Below are positions 17,639 through 27,752 of a stretch of DNA of 64,000 nt, piece by piece. The notes under the pieces are model-generated. The model searched no databases. It was not told where the DNA came from and was given only the letters and a program-made list of their open reading frames with translations. A program made the position numbers and the translations under genes. The stretch's first letter is position 1; every line of letters starts with the position of its first letter. The stretch lies in IMG/VR virus record IMGVR_UViG_3300006921_000012, positions 1,646 to 65,645 of that record, one strand, 5' to 3'. The stretch comes from a virus. Taxonomy: Duplodnaviria; Caudoviricetes.

Positions 17639-18118
17639 ATGCCAAGTAATGAATTTATTAAAAGAATAATAAAAGAGGAATCCAAATCTATAACGGAACA
17701 ACGTTTAGACGACCCTAACTCTTTTACTACCATAGTCGAGGATGTTACATTTACCGGATTAAAAGAATATTTTCCAGAGTATAAAGATAGAGATATGGAT
17801 ATAGGCTATCTAAACTGTAGTGTGAATTGGAGATATGAATTAGAATTAAGAAGTTGGGGTATTAAAGATATTAGTATTTACACCACTAGTGTAGTAATTA
17901 ATGCTTCTATAGAAATTTTTGATGAGGATTATACCAGAATTGAAGAAGAAAAAGAAATAGAGATACTTGTAGATGATATGGGTGGTTTTGGTGGTGAAAA
18001 AGAAGGTACTTGGTATTATGAAGATATGCAAGAAGACGATATGAGGAATAATAGTATTTTTCCTGTAGAGTTAGAAGTAGATTTGTCTGACCAATCAGTA
18101 GCGGTCATTTGGAATTAA
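17639..18118 (+). CDS. Acidic hypothetical protein (IKRIIKEE N-terminus)
   Basis: 159 aa, convergent with and overlapping the sbcC stop. Confidence 0.75.
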   Translation: MPSNEFIKRIIKEESKSITEQRLDDPNSFTTIVEDVTFTGLKEYFPEYKDRDMDIGYLNCSVNWRYELELRSWGIKDISIYTTSVVINASIEIFDEDYTRIEEEKEIEILVDDMGGFGGEKEGTWYYEDMQEDDMRNNSIFPVELEVDLSDQSVAVIWN

Positions 18119-20430
18119 TTTATTGTTGAGACGTTATTAACTTTCTTTACTGTAACAGTGTTGTCACACCATTCTTTCACTAAAGCGTTGTGAGTGATTA
18201 CAAATATTTTTTCGAAATAGTCTTTTATCTTAACAAAGAAATTACCTACCAATTCTAAATTTTCATCACTGACCTTACCAAATGCTTCATCAAAACATAC
18301 TACATTAGGTTTGGGTAGAGAACAAACTTTTGCTAGTACTGCTCGTAAAGCGAGTGAAGCTATAGTTCTTTCGTACCCACTACCTGAAGATAAAAGTTTC
18401 TCTACTGATGTTTCATTATCTTCCATCCAGAACTCTAATTCGTTTCTATCATTTATTTTTAATTTCATTGTAAAAAGTGCACTATCTGATAATAATCTAT
18501 TCAGTTCACTATTAATATAAGGTATGGTATTTTTTAAAATTATTTTAGATATTCCATTCTTACCATATGCAATTAAATAAGATTTAAATATTTTACCTAT
18601 CTCTTCTTCAGACTTAATCTTTTTGACTTTATCGTTATTTTCACCAATAGTAATCTCATTTTGTTTTATAGTAGATTGTAGATTGGTTATCTCATTATTT
18701 AAGTTGTCTCTTTCTGCGTATAATGTGTCGATTCTAGTTCTTAACTTTAGTATATTTTCTTTTACGGATTTATTCTCCTCTACTCGTTTTTCATTTTCTT
18801 CCCACAGTTCTTTTGTTTCTTCTTTTTCTTTTAACTTAAAATTTATGTCTTTGATTTGTAAATCGTATTTTGTCTTTTTTAGGTTATTTCTTTCGTAATC
18901 CCTCCAATCTTTCATACACTCATCAAATTTAACTTCTTTAACTGTAAGGTCTTTTTTAGTTTTAGTGTCTACCTCTAATCTTAAATTATTTTTTTCTATC
19001 TCTTTGATTTTATTATCTATTTCTTCTTGGTGGTCCACATCGTCTAATGCTCTTTTACATGTTGGGCATACCTCACTCTCTTTTAGTTTTTTTATAAAAT
19101 CAGTATCTGTACTTATCTCTCTTTCTAATAACCTAATTTCTAATTTTTTTTCACTTAAGTCATCAGTTACTAACTTATGTAATTTCTCATCATATTCAGT
19201 AGTAGGCTTTGTAACTATAATATCTTTTCTTTCCTTCTCATTTTTATTTAATTCTTTTTCTAATCTTTCAATTTCTCTATCTAATTCTTTAGGGTCTAAA
19301 TTAACAATCTTAGGGTCTATATTTTTATGTTGTTGTGCAATTAATTTATCTCTTTCTGTTTCAATTTTTTTTATAGTATTCTCATTATTTTTTATATTTT
19401 CTTTATTAACTTCAATACTTTTACTATGGTTTGTGTTTTCATCTTTTAACTTATGAGAATCACTATCCAAATCTACAATATTGTATAAATTAGATATGAG
19501 AGTCTTAGACCACTCATTATACATTTCTTTACATATAACTTCTTTTTCTTTTAATTTTTCTAACCCTATAAATCGTGTAAGTATTCTCCCTCTTTGTGTT
19601 GGTTTGGCTTCAATCAACTCTTCTAAGTTACTACCCGTAGTTAAAATTGTTAATAAGAAATCATCTAAGGTTCCAATAGATTTTTTAATTATATTTTCTG
19701 TTTCTCTTCTTTGTTCTCCTTGTAAATTCTGTAGTGTGCCTGTACCAATTTTTTTACTAAAATTAAGTTCTGTCTTTACTGACCAATCACCTTTTTTTGT
19801 TTTATTTCTTACAATTCCTCTTTCAATTATAAAGGTGTCGCCATCTATTTCAACTTCTCCTCTTACTAATACTCTATTTTTATTAGTAAATCGATTGAAT
19901 ACATCTATTGCTTTAGTTGACTTGGTGGTGGAATTAAAAAATAAAAAAAGTAAAAGGTCTACTGTTAATGTAGTTTTTCCACCAAAATTAGATGGGATAG
20001 AATCAATTGCTGTAATTCCTTTAAGTTTATCAAAATCTATTCTATTACCTTCTCCGAACGATAGAAAATTGTCAAACTCAATCCATTTAATAGCCCAAAA
20101 TTTATTACCTATATCACTTCCCGATTTTTCTAGTAGCTTCTCCTCTATTTTATTGTCTAGTCTTTTTAACTTATCCCAATCTATTATAATCTCTTGGTCA
20201 ATTAAGTATTCTTTTACTAAATTATCTTGGTATGCACTATCCAATATTTTATCTCCAACATCAAGAGTTCCTTTAGAGTCACCATTATCTGTTACCTTTG
20301 TTATTACATTTACTCTTTGGGTATTGTATTTTTTCTTAAAGTAACTCTTAACTCTTTTTAATCTTTCGTTGTTAAAATTTTCTGGTGTGTCTTCCCATAC
20401 TACTTTTATAAAAGGGTTGGTATATGCCAT
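18115..20430 (-). CDS. sbcC: SbcC/Rad50/gp46-like SMC ATPase with an N-terminal extension
   Basis: IEFDNFLSFG, Walker A NFGGKTT, coiled coils with a CPTC zinc hook, signature SGSGYE, Walker B FDEAFG and H-loop VITH. Confidence 0.9.
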   Translation of the reverse strand: MAYTNPFIKVVWEDTPENFNNERLKRVKSYFKKKYNTQRVNVITKVTDNGDSKGTLDVGDKILDSAYQDNLVKEYLIDQEIIIDWDKLKRLDNKIEEKLLEKSGSDIGNKFWAIKWIEFDNFLSFGEGNRIDFDKLKGITAIDSIPSNFGGKTTLTVDLLLFLFFNSTTKSTKAIDVFNRFTNKNRVLVRGEVEIDGDTFIIERGIVRNKTKKGDWSVKTELNFSKKIGTGTLQNLQGEQRRETENIIKKSIGTLDDFLLTILTTGSNLEELIEAKPTQRGRILTRFIGLEKLKEKEVICKEMYNEWSKTLISNLYNIVDLDSDSHKLKDENTNHSKSIEVNKENIKNNENTIKKIETERDKLIAQQHKNIDPKIVNLDPKELDREIERLEKELNKNEKERKDIIVTKPTTEYDEKLHKLVTDDLSEKKLEIRLLEREISTDTDFIKKLKESEVCPTCKRALDDVDHQEEIDNKIKEIEKNNLRLEVDTKTKKDLTVKEVKFDECMKDWRDYERNNLKKTKYDLQIKDINFKLKEKEETKELWEENEKRVEENKSVKENILKLRTRIDTLYAERDNLNNEITNLQSTIKQNEITIGENNDKVKKIKSEEEIGKIFKSYLIAYGKNGISKIILKNTIPYINSELNRLLSDSALFTMKLKINDRNELEFWMEDNETSVEKLLSSGSGYERTIASLALRAVLAKVCSLPKPNVVCFDEAFGKVSDENLELVGNFFVKIKDYFEKIFVITHNALVKEWCDNTVTVKKVNNVSTIN

Positions 20431-20433
20431 ATA

Positions 20434-20748
20434 TTAAGATTCTTTTGTTGGTTTATTTTCCTCAAACCATTCAACAAAAGAATTTAATGCCCAAACTGCA
20501 CCGCTTGCTAACATACCGTCAAAAAATAAATTAGTGTAAGGTAGTGTCACCATTGTCTCAGTTGGGGAATAGAATGTGAGGGAAAAAAAGAATCCTACCC
20601 ATGTTGATGTACACATCATACATCCTAGTAAATCCCCAAAGAATGTTGAGTGTTTTGTTATCCAATTTCTTGTGTTCTCGAATATACTACCAAATACTAA
20701 AATCTGGGACATTCCATAAGCTGCTAAAATCCAAATAATTAATTCCAT
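20434..20748 (-). CDS. DUF1360-like membrane protein
   Basis: IF...R.WI...F.DLLGCMMCTSTWVG motif with TM helices. Confidence 0.6.
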   Translation of the reverse strand: MELIIWILAAYGMSQILVFGSIFENTRNWITKHSTFFGDLLGCMMCTSTWVGFFFSLTFYSPTETMVTLPYTNLFFDGMLASGAVWALNSFVEWFEENKPTKES

Positions 20749-20751
20749 GTT

Positions 20752-21297
20752 TTAATCTGTATATAGTTCATCATTTAAGTTAGATGATTTCAGATGAGTT
20801 GCTTTATTACTACTAAATCTTTGGAAGTGGTTTAGTACGTCCTCATACTCATCTATTTTATCTTGTAATCTTTTTATCTCTTTTTGTAAGGAGACTAACT
20901 TTGTAGTGTCCTCTATGATTACTTCTTTTTTTATTTCTTTAGGTTTAAGTGCTAGTTTATTTTTTAACTGTTCTATTTCACCTAATAAGTTTTTAACTTC
21001 TTTATCGTCAGTAACGTACTCCGTTTTAGTTACTACTTTTTCTACTATCTTTTCTACTTCTACTTCTACGGGTACCTCCTTAATTATCTCTTTTATTATT
21101 TCTTTCTCTACCTCTTTAATTACCTCTTTCTCTTTTTCTATTATCTCCTTAGCTCCTTTAACGGGAGTCCTACCAAATTTTTCTATAGCAAACCCTCCCT
21201 TCATACAACCTAATATTAAATTATCCACATCTTCAATATTATTTAACTCACAGAACATCTTTATCTCACTATATAATTCTTTGGGTATATTAAACAT
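20752..21297 (-). CDS. Hypothetical protein with (K/E)(E/V)(I/V) low-complexity repeats and a coiled coil
   Basis: KEVIKEVEKEIIKEIIKEVPVEVEVEKIVEKVV tract. Confidence 0.65.
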   Translation of the reverse strand: MFNIPKELYSEIKMFCELNNIEDVDNLILGCMKGGFAIEKFGRTPVKGAKEIIEKEKEVIKEVEKEIIKEIIKEVPVEVEVEKIVEKVVTKTEYVTDDKEVKNLLGEIEQLKNKLALKPKEIKKEVIIEDTTKLVSLQKEIKRLQDKIDEYEDVLNHFQRFSSNKATHLKSSNLNDELYTD

Positions 21298-22072
21298 TTA
21301 ATAATTTTTCTTTTTGGTTTTCAATATCAGTTATGTCTTCTATTCTAAAACTGAGATAAGGTGAAGAAGATTTTACATCAATAAAATTATAAACTTTATT
21401 CTCTAATTCGTAAACACCATACCCATGATTTTTAATGGTCTCTCCAAAATTTTGTTGAATAAGACTTCCTACCATGTATACCTTGGAGGTGTTATCAATA
21501 TCAAATATTTGTCTTTTGTGTATGTCACCAGCTAATACAACATCTAGACCTTTAAATTCTTCTAACGAATAACCGCTTTCGAACATAAACCCTAAATCTG
21601 TTTTACATCCTTCGATAGGTCCATGAAATAAACCTATTTTATGTTTATCGGCATCGCTGGGTATATCGGGTCTATCGTTTTCTTCCATAAGGGAATATAC
21701 ACACCATAAAACATTATCGTCTTCATAACAACCCTTATGTTTAAAATAGGTAATGTTTGGTTTATTTAAATTCTCAATAATCGGACTCAAGGTATCTAAC
21801 CTATCTTGGTTGTTTTCTAAAAAGTCATGATTACCTATTAAAATTATAACAGGACAAATAGCTTCACACTCATTGAGTACCCAACTTACTATATCTAATA
21901 ACTCTGGAGTCATCTGATTTTTGGAGTGGACTAAATCACCAGTAAAAACAATCCTGTCGGGGTTTAGTTCTTTCCACTGTTGGAAACACTCCACTAGTAC
22001 CTCTCTATATCTACTATGTTCTTTAAACAATCTGAGATGTAAATCTGAGAAATGTATAATTTTATTAATCAT
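21290..22072 (-). CDS. sbcD: SbcD/Mre11/gp47-like metallophosphoesterase nuclease
   Basis: SDLH, TGDLVH, GNHD, LFHG, GDIH and GSL.QQNFGE motifs. Confidence 0.88.
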   Translation of the reverse strand: MINKIIHFSDLHLRLFKEHSRYREVLVECFQQWKELNPDRIVFTGDLVHSKNQMTPELLDIVSWVLNECEAICPVIILIGNHDFLENNQDRLDTLSPIIENLNKPNITYFKHKGCYEDDNVLWCVYSLMEENDRPDIPSDADKHKIGLFHGPIEGCKTDLGFMFESGYSLEEFKGLDVVLAGDIHKRQIFDIDNTSKVYMVGSLIQQNFGETIKNHGYGVYELENKVYNFIDVKSSSPYLSFRIEDITDIENQKEKLLNV

Positions 22073-22835
22073 TTTTCTTATATTCTTTTAACATGTCTCC
22101 TATCTCCTTACGGTAGTCTCTACATTTTATTGGTTCGTAGTTATCATTTTTCTCATTAAACCATACAATGTAAGAATCACCTAGGTTTAAATTAGTGTTC
22201 TTTTCTATGATGTAACGATATAAAGATAATTGTAAGGAATATGTATTAAATTCACAAACATCTAAATGTGATAATGGTTCTTTAAATTGTTGCCATCTAT
22301 TACTTCTCTTAATTTCTTTATTTGTCTTCCAATCCCAAATCTGTAATTCTTCCGATTTACTATTCCAAAATAATTGGTCAACCATTCCACATATTCCTAA
22401 TTCTTCATCACCAACAATAACCTCAGATTTAATAGGTATTAATTTTCCATATGATTCCTCATAAAATTTATCAAATAAAACTAATAATTTATCATAATCT
22501 TCTTTTACGTCATTATTCCCCAATATTCTTACGACTCTTTCTGTTGGATAGGGAAAGACTTTATTATTTAGATAGTTCTCGGCATATTCGTGAAAAAGTG
22601 TTCCTTTCTCACAAGAATATTCTGATTTATCTTTCCATTCCTTTAATATTTCTTCCTTCGTTATACCTCTTTCATCAGCTTTTTTTTGTGACCAATACTC
22701 ACTATCAAACTTTTGTTTAAATTTTGATATTAACTGAGTTGCTGATGTCATTTTTTTATCCCCAATGTAATATGTGTGGGGTTCGTCATAATATTTAATA
22801 TTATTAAAAATACTTAATTCTACACTTATATCCAT
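22065..22835 (-). CDS. PD-(D/E)XK (Cas4/RecB-like) exonuclease
   Basis: HTY, GT.FH...E, GMVD, IWDWKT and YSLQLSLY motifs. Confidence 0.82.
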   Translation of the reverse strand: MDISVELSIFNNIKYYDEPHTYYIGDKKMTSATQLISKFKQKFDSEYWSQKKADERGITKEEILKEWKDKSEYSCEKGTLFHEYAENYLNNKVFPYPTERVVRILGNNDVKEDYDKLLVLFDKFYEESYGKLIPIKSEVIVGDEELGICGMVDQLFWNSKSEELQIWDWKTNKEIKRSNRWQQFKEPLSHLDVCEFNTYSLQLSLYRYIIEKNTNLNLGDSYIVWFNEKNDNYEPIKCRDYRKEIGDMLKEYKKND

Positions 22836-22838
22836 ATT

Positions 22839-23762
22839 TTATTTTTTTTCTAGTTCAACGAAACTTAAAGAGGATAAATCACCTTTTAAGTCTCCTATAT
22901 CTTTATCTTTAGGTAATTTTAATACCTTAATTCGTTTATGTAATCTTCCACCATTTAACTTATTAAAAAGTTGTTCAGTAGAACTCCAAGCATCCCCATC
23001 TAAACATATTATAATATTCGCGGTAGCTTTTTTATATATCTCAGACCAGAGATATTCTGAAACAGTCTTACCTAATAAGGGGATTGCATTAGGTAAAAAA
23101 ATCATATCAAAAACACCTTCTACTAAATAAATGTCCTCATTCCAATTAATATTATCTTCATTAAATATAATATTCTCTTTTTGAACTTTTGGATTTTTGT
23201 ATTTTAGTTTGGTCTTAACATAACTTCTCGCAACAAAGTAATTTAGTTCGCCTTCTTTATCGTAAGAAGGAAAAATAATTCTGTGACTATATTTTCCTGT
23301 AATAGTATAACCTAATTTATATTTTTTTATATACTCTTTAGTTATACCTCTTTTGGTAAGGTAGTTAATTGCTTCTTTATACCTCATATCTAGTTTATTC
23401 CCATCTAATAAAGATGTAAATCCTTGAGGGATAACCATTTCATCATACTCTTCCTCGTTATCTTTAAATTTTTCGGGTACCGCTAATTTAAAAATCTTCT
23501 TTTGTTGTGGAGTTCCCCACCTACCCATAAGATAATGTAGTCTTCCTTTGGTGTTGTTGGTATCTGAACATGCCCAACATTTGTAGATGTTCTTTTTATA
23601 GTTTATCTCTAGATTTCCTTTTCCATCCCCCTTATCTAACCCTTTTATATCAAAAGAACAGGTAGGACAATCAAAAGAAATTTGGCCTGAATGTGAGTTA
23701 TGATTTTTCCATTCACCAAATACATCTTGTAATACATCAACTATTAAATCGAAATCTGCCAT
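22839..23762 (-). CDS. dnaG: DNA primase (Zn-ribbon + TOPRIM)
   Basis: CPTC...CWAC, YL..RGI, RIIFP, ARS...KYKNP, VEGVFD, LDGD and KD..D motifs. Confidence 0.87.
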   Translation of the reverse strand: MADFDLIVDVLQDVFGEWKNHNSHSGQISFDCPTCSFDIKGLDKGDGKGNLEINYKKNIYKCWACSDTNNTKGRLHYLMGRWGTPQQKKIFKLAVPEKFKDNEEEYDEMVIPQGFTSLLDGNKLDMRYKEAINYLTKRGITKEYIKKYKLGYTITGKYSHRIIFPSYDKEGELNYFVARSYVKTKLKYKNPKVQKENIIFNEDNINWNEDIYLVEGVFDMIFLPNAIPLLGKTVSEYLWSEIYKKATANIIICLDGDAWSSTEQLFNKLNGGRLHKRIKVLKLPKDKDIGDLKGDLSSLSFVELEKK

Positions 23763-23768
23763 GTTAGA

Positions 23769-23797
23769 AATTTACACAACAAATGGGTAGGAGTCAA
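23769..23797 (-). promoter_or_regulatory. Sigma70-like promoter TTGACT-N17-TAAATT, possibly giving a leaderless primase mRNA
   Basis: The -10 element ends 6 nt before the primase ATG. Confidence 0.45.
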
Positions 23798-23799
23798 AT

Positions 23800-24393
23800 C
23801 TACCAGATGTCTTCCTTACACATATATCCTTTTACACAGGTGTAAGCATCTGCCATATCAAAACATTCTTTTTTTAAGGTATTATTACGAGTATAAAACC
23901 ACTCAATCTTTGGTTCTAATTCTCTCACCTCTTCCCAAATGATTTTTTTCTTATCACATCCTTTTGGAAATTGTCCGAAAAGTACTCTTTTTCCTTTTCC
24001 GTTTTCTCTTACTAGTTTTGGGAATGCGTACTTTCTTGCATTGTACGTGGATATAAATTTAGGTATTATACCTAATACATCATACACTATTTTTACAATC
24101 ATCGCATTATATCTTAATAAAGTACCAACCGTATAAATGTTATTAGAAGTTAATAAAGGTTCTTCTATTATCACCTCCACAATACCTAAATCTTTTACTT
24201 CTTGTAATTTCTTTTCAAAAGCTTCTGCCTTTTTTAAATGTTCTTCTATCTTATATTCTGGTTTAGGTTTTACAACAGGAGAGAAATGCGTAAGTTCTAA
24301 TAGTTGTTTGTCAGCCATGTTGAATAATGCCCACCCAATTGTTTTTGTTGATATGTCCAAACCTAATACTTTAGGTAAATTTTTAAACTCCAT
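23800..24393 (-). CDS. RuvC-like Holliday junction resolvase (RNase H fold)
   Basis: VLGLDISTKTIGWA, IIEEP and D.ADAY catalytic pattern. Confidence 0.8.
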   Translation of the reverse strand: MEFKNLPKVLGLDISTKTIGWALFNMADKQLLELTHFSPVVKPKPEYKIEEHLKKAEAFEKKLQEVKDLGIVEVIIEEPLLTSNNIYTVGTLLRYNAMIVKIVYDVLGIIPKFISTYNARKYAFPKLVRENGKGKRVLFGQFPKGCDKKKIIWEEVRELEPKIEWFYTRNNTLKKECFDMADAYTCVKGYMCKEDIW

Positions 24394-24394
24394 A

Positions 24395-25564
24395 TTAAAA
24401 TCTAAATTTTAAATTAAAGTATGCTGGGTCAGATGCGTTTTTTTGTACTGGTCTATCTGGTTTAGCTATAGCTAACATTGTTCCGTCGGAATCATACAAA
24501 GCAACCTCTGTAATATATGTAGGCTTTTGTACACTATCTAAATCATAGAATGTTCCTGCTCCTAATTCGTTGGTGTTTGGTAACATAACGGGACCAGTTA
24601 ATACTGTTGGATTTAGGTCTGCAGCTGTAGTGTTTTGAGTTAAGTAGAACTCATTTGCTTCTGCTTTACACAGAACATTTAAAACCCATTGTTTTTCAAA
24701 ACTAAAAAATTCTGCTGAATTAGTTGTGTCCGTAAAGTATACTTGGGTAAATGCTGAACTAGTTCCTGTATATGCCCCACCAGCTAACTTTGTAGTTGCA
24801 GAATAATTAAATCCGTCTACTAGGGTTGGGTGTGTAAGTACACAGAATCCTTTATCTAAATAACATATTCCAACTGGTTCATCTACACCATCTCCCGCAT
24901 CTGTTGCTTGTGCTATTACTTTATTAGTATCGAAATCATGAGCGTTTACTACACCGTCTTGATATCCTTTAGGAATTTGAGTTAGAGTATACGATGTAGA
25001 CCATAATCCCCCATTTACTGGTGATTTAATTTGGTCACTAAATAGGAAAGCGACATTAGTACTTAAGTCTCCAACACCTGGATTAGGTACTGGTGGAACA
25101 TAATTAAAAGCTGATGTATGTCCAAACACTTCAGCTTCTATACTAGGGTCACTAGATGCGTTGTACCCCGCATAATATGAACTATAACAAGTAATGTAGG
25201 TTTTGGAACCACCACTCCATACTTGGGTTTTTAATCTGATTGTTCTACCGTCTATTAACTCTCCGTATGTATTTTTTGGAAATTCTACCACTACAGCGGT
25301 AGATGCTGTATCTATATCCTTCAAAGCATTACTCCCCCAATCAATATCCCATCCTGTTACTTCAAAATTTGCTGCGGGTAAACCAAATGCAGGATATAAA
25401 TTAGAAAAAGGTCTTCCGTTACTTGGGTCTCTCTGAATTTTAGTAAATCTTAGTGTTGACCCTTGTAATTGATTATACCCATTGAATGCTGGGTTTAATG
25501 TACCAAAAGGTATTATCTCTGAGGTTATTGTTTTGTCTCCGGGTGCTATATTTTTATATTCCAT
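24395..25564 (-). CDS. Tail/baseplate-associated structural protein
   Basis: C-terminal YITEVALYD.....AIAK.DRP, as in tail-collar/fibre attachment domains. Confidence 0.65.
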   Translation of the reverse strand: MEYKNIAPGDKTITSEIIPFGTLNPAFNGYNQLQGSTLRFTKIQRDPSNGRPFSNLYPAFGLPAANFEVTGWDIDWGSNALKDIDTASTAVVVEFPKNTYGELIDGRTIRLKTQVWSGGSKTYITCYSSYYAGYNASSDPSIEAEVFGHTSAFNYVPPVPNPGVGDLSTNVAFLFSDQIKSPVNGGLWSTSYTLTQIPKGYQDGVVNAHDFDTNKVIAQATDAGDGVDEPVGICYLDKGFCVLTHPTLVDGFNYSATTKLAGGAYTGTSSAFTQVYFTDTTNSAEFFSFEKQWVLNVLCKAEANEFYLTQNTTAADLNPTVLTGPVMLPNTNELGAGTFYDLDSVQKPTYITEVALYDSDGTMLAIAKPDRPVQKNASDPAYFNLKFRF

Positions 25565-25575
25565 TTATTTGTACT

Positions 25576-26004
25576 TTAATATCCATTATTACCACCATTT
25601 CTTGTCATGTCAAGTCTTACAGTAGATTTAGTTTGTGAAACAGCCATTGTATCATCTGTTTGCCAAGGTAATGTGGTTTTACCTGGGAAAAAGAATCTTT
25701 GATAATATAGACTCGATGTATTTTTATTTGCTTTGTTTAAGTAAGTATTTATTACACTTGATACCGCGGCAAACATTTTACCACCAGTACTGTAATCACC
25801 TTCTTTATTAGCTACAGAAAGAAGTTTAGCTGGTTTATAGCTTTTACTTACTTTTTCACCATAAGTTACTTTCCCAATTAAAGGTTCTGAATTGTTTCCA
25901 TTATCTAAATAATTAATTCCTCCTTTTGGGTAATCCATTTTATTGTTTTTACCAAAATTGTCATTAAACTGACCTACCAAATTTTGTGTTATATCTCCTA
26001 TCAT
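25576..26004 (-). CDS. Hypothetical protein in the tail block
   Basis: 142 aa, ATGA-coupled to the upstream gene. Confidence 0.6.
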   Translation of the reverse strand: MIGDITQNLVGQFNDNFGKNNKMDYPKGGINYLDNGNNSEPLIGKVTYGEKVSKSYKPAKLLSVANKEGDYSTGGKMFAAVSSVINTYLNKANKNTSSLYYQRFFFPGKTTLPWQTDDTMAVSQTKSTVRLDMTRNGGNNGY

Positions 26005-27695
26005 GTGTTCAATATTATTTGTCTATAAATACTTTCCCCACTAGTTGTAACTGCGTGAGTAGGGTTAGAAGTGTAATGTCCTCCCATGGACTTATATCCA
26101 GCTCCGTATATTTGAACAGCTGGGGAATTAAATACCAACCATCTACCCGCACTTGTCGGTGTAGCTGCTTGCCAAGTGAATGTCGGTTGTAACGCAGGTA
26201 TACTCAATATAAATGATAAAGTAACCTTACATGACTTATATTTCTTGGACGTATCTTGTGGGGTGATACGTAAACTAATGTTAAATGAATATACAGCATC
26301 TTTACCTGTTCCACTTGTCGTTACCCAATTAGAGACTTCAGGGTCTTTACTTAAAGCGTAAAAGAAGTCTTCTGTTTGTTGTACAATTCTCGCTAATCCT
26401 ATATTTGGTTCTTGTGTAAGGTTTCTTCTATTCATTCTTAGAGTCTGTGGTAAATTACCACTAGTCTGGTTAGTTAACTCTAATTCCGGTGTTCCCGCAA
26501 AAAAGTTTAGTGCTGTTTCTGTGGAAGTAGTAGAATTCCTAATACCAGTACTACCTAAATAATCACTATTTTCCTTTCCTCTAAATCTCTTATCTCCTGG
26601 TTCATTATTAATTTGATTAGTTTGTAGTGGATAATAGTAATTAGTGGAGGTGTTATTGTTATCTACAATTCTTGCTGAAGGACTTAATGTTTCTAATCCT
26701 GTTGCATTTAATATAGTACTATAACTACTATTTTCAATAATCTGTGGGTGATAATAACCACCAGCGTCTTCTCTTATCCCATACTCTGGATATACTTGAG
26801 TTTTCTTATTGATGATGTTACCTACAACATAACCATAGTCCGCTAAAGCATTACAAATGGATAAAGGTCCTGAACCGTTAAACACTCCTTGGTCATTACT
26901 AAGACCTTCAGTAGCTACAGTAAATGGTGATATATAAGCTCTAGTTTTTCTAGTTCCAATTTTTGCTGTTTTATCAACATTATTCGTTACAGTCTCGTTA
27001 TTTGGATTTACTAACGCTGCACTAGTTAACTTTCTTAATAAGTGACCATCTTTCGGTGATTCTGGTTCAATTTTAACACTACAGTTCTTTATGTTTCCAC
27101 CTTCAGACACATAAAAACCATCTACTAAATTTGCAAACCATCCTCTACCAAGACCATATTCCATATCTTCAAATAGTTGGGTGTATCTCGCACTATAGTT
27201 TCTTCCTTGAGCGTCTTGTATGGTACCAAAATAATTAGTAAAAGTGGTTGCTGTCATACCATTCCATTGGTGGTATGGTATTTGTGTCATTGCTAATGCC
27301 TTTAATGATGTAAACATATCCGCAACGTAGAATTTAACAGTAGCGTCGGTTGAGTAGTCCATCTTAGCACTTGCCGATGTACTACGGAATCCAGCGACTA
27401 AAGAACCTACTGGTGTTAAAGACGGTAACACGGTTGCTTGACCTAGTGTATATTCTAACTTTCTTTTTATGTCATATCCTCCATTAACACCAAATATACA
27501 ATTTAAATGTTCTCCAGTTACATCCGGAACTTCTCCGGAAGATAATTGTAAGGCGTTACGGTAATCTACATCCGTATCTCCCAATGCAAACTTTACCATA
27601 TTATCCGCGAGACTTCCTTGTAAGAGAAGCTTTCTACCCGCAGCTGTCATATGTAAATCTAAATATAATGTTGTTGCTTTAGTTATGTATCCCAT
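26001..27695 (-). CDS. Tail/baseplate-associated structural protein
   Basis: N-terminal MGYI...MTAAGRKLL..G...KFALGDTDVDY motif. Confidence 0.65.
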   Translation of the reverse strand: MGYITKATTLYLDLHMTAAGRKLLLQGSLADNMVKFALGDTDVDYRNALQLSSGEVPDVTGEHLNCIFGVNGGYDIKRKLEYTLGQATVLPSLTPVGSLVAGFRSTSASAKMDYSTDATVKFYVADMFTSLKALAMTQIPYHQWNGMTATTFTNYFGTIQDAQGRNYSARYTQLFEDMEYGLGRGWFANLVDGFYVSEGGNIKNCSVKIEPESPKDGHLLRKLTSAALVNPNNETVTNNVDKTAKIGTRKTRAYISPFTVATEGLSNDQGVFNGSGPLSICNALADYGYVVGNIINKKTQVYPEYGIREDAGGYYHPQIIENSSYSTILNATGLETLSPSARIVDNNNTSTNYYYPLQTNQINNEPGDKRFRGKENSDYLGSTGIRNSTTSTETALNFFAGTPELELTNQTSGNLPQTLRMNRRNLTQEPNIGLARIVQQTEDFFYALSKDPEVSNWVTTSGTGKDAVYSFNISLRITPQDTSKKYKSCKVTLSFILSIPALQPTFTWQAATPTSAGRWLVFNSPAVQIYGAGYKSMGGHYTSNPTHAVTTSGESIYRQIILNT

Positions 27696-27752
27696 TTGTA
27701 ATTATCTTTTATTCTATAATTATCTTAATAATCATTTATTATTAGTAAACTG

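Noticed and set aside
18311-20344. Long plus-strand ORFs (up to 287 aa) opposite sbcC, and similar shadow ORFs elsewhere
   Set aside because: Their Ser/Phe/Leu/Ile-rich translations are the expected antisense of Lys/Glu-rich AT-biased genes; no motifs.
20906-21160. VEKIVE-type repeats as a nucleotide repeat array
   Set aside because: A protein-level low-complexity tract inside a CDS, with no spacers.
22065-22835. Cas4-like nuclease as evidence of a CRISPR system
   Set aside because: No repeat-spacer array or other cas genes were seen; it sits in a recombination/replication block.
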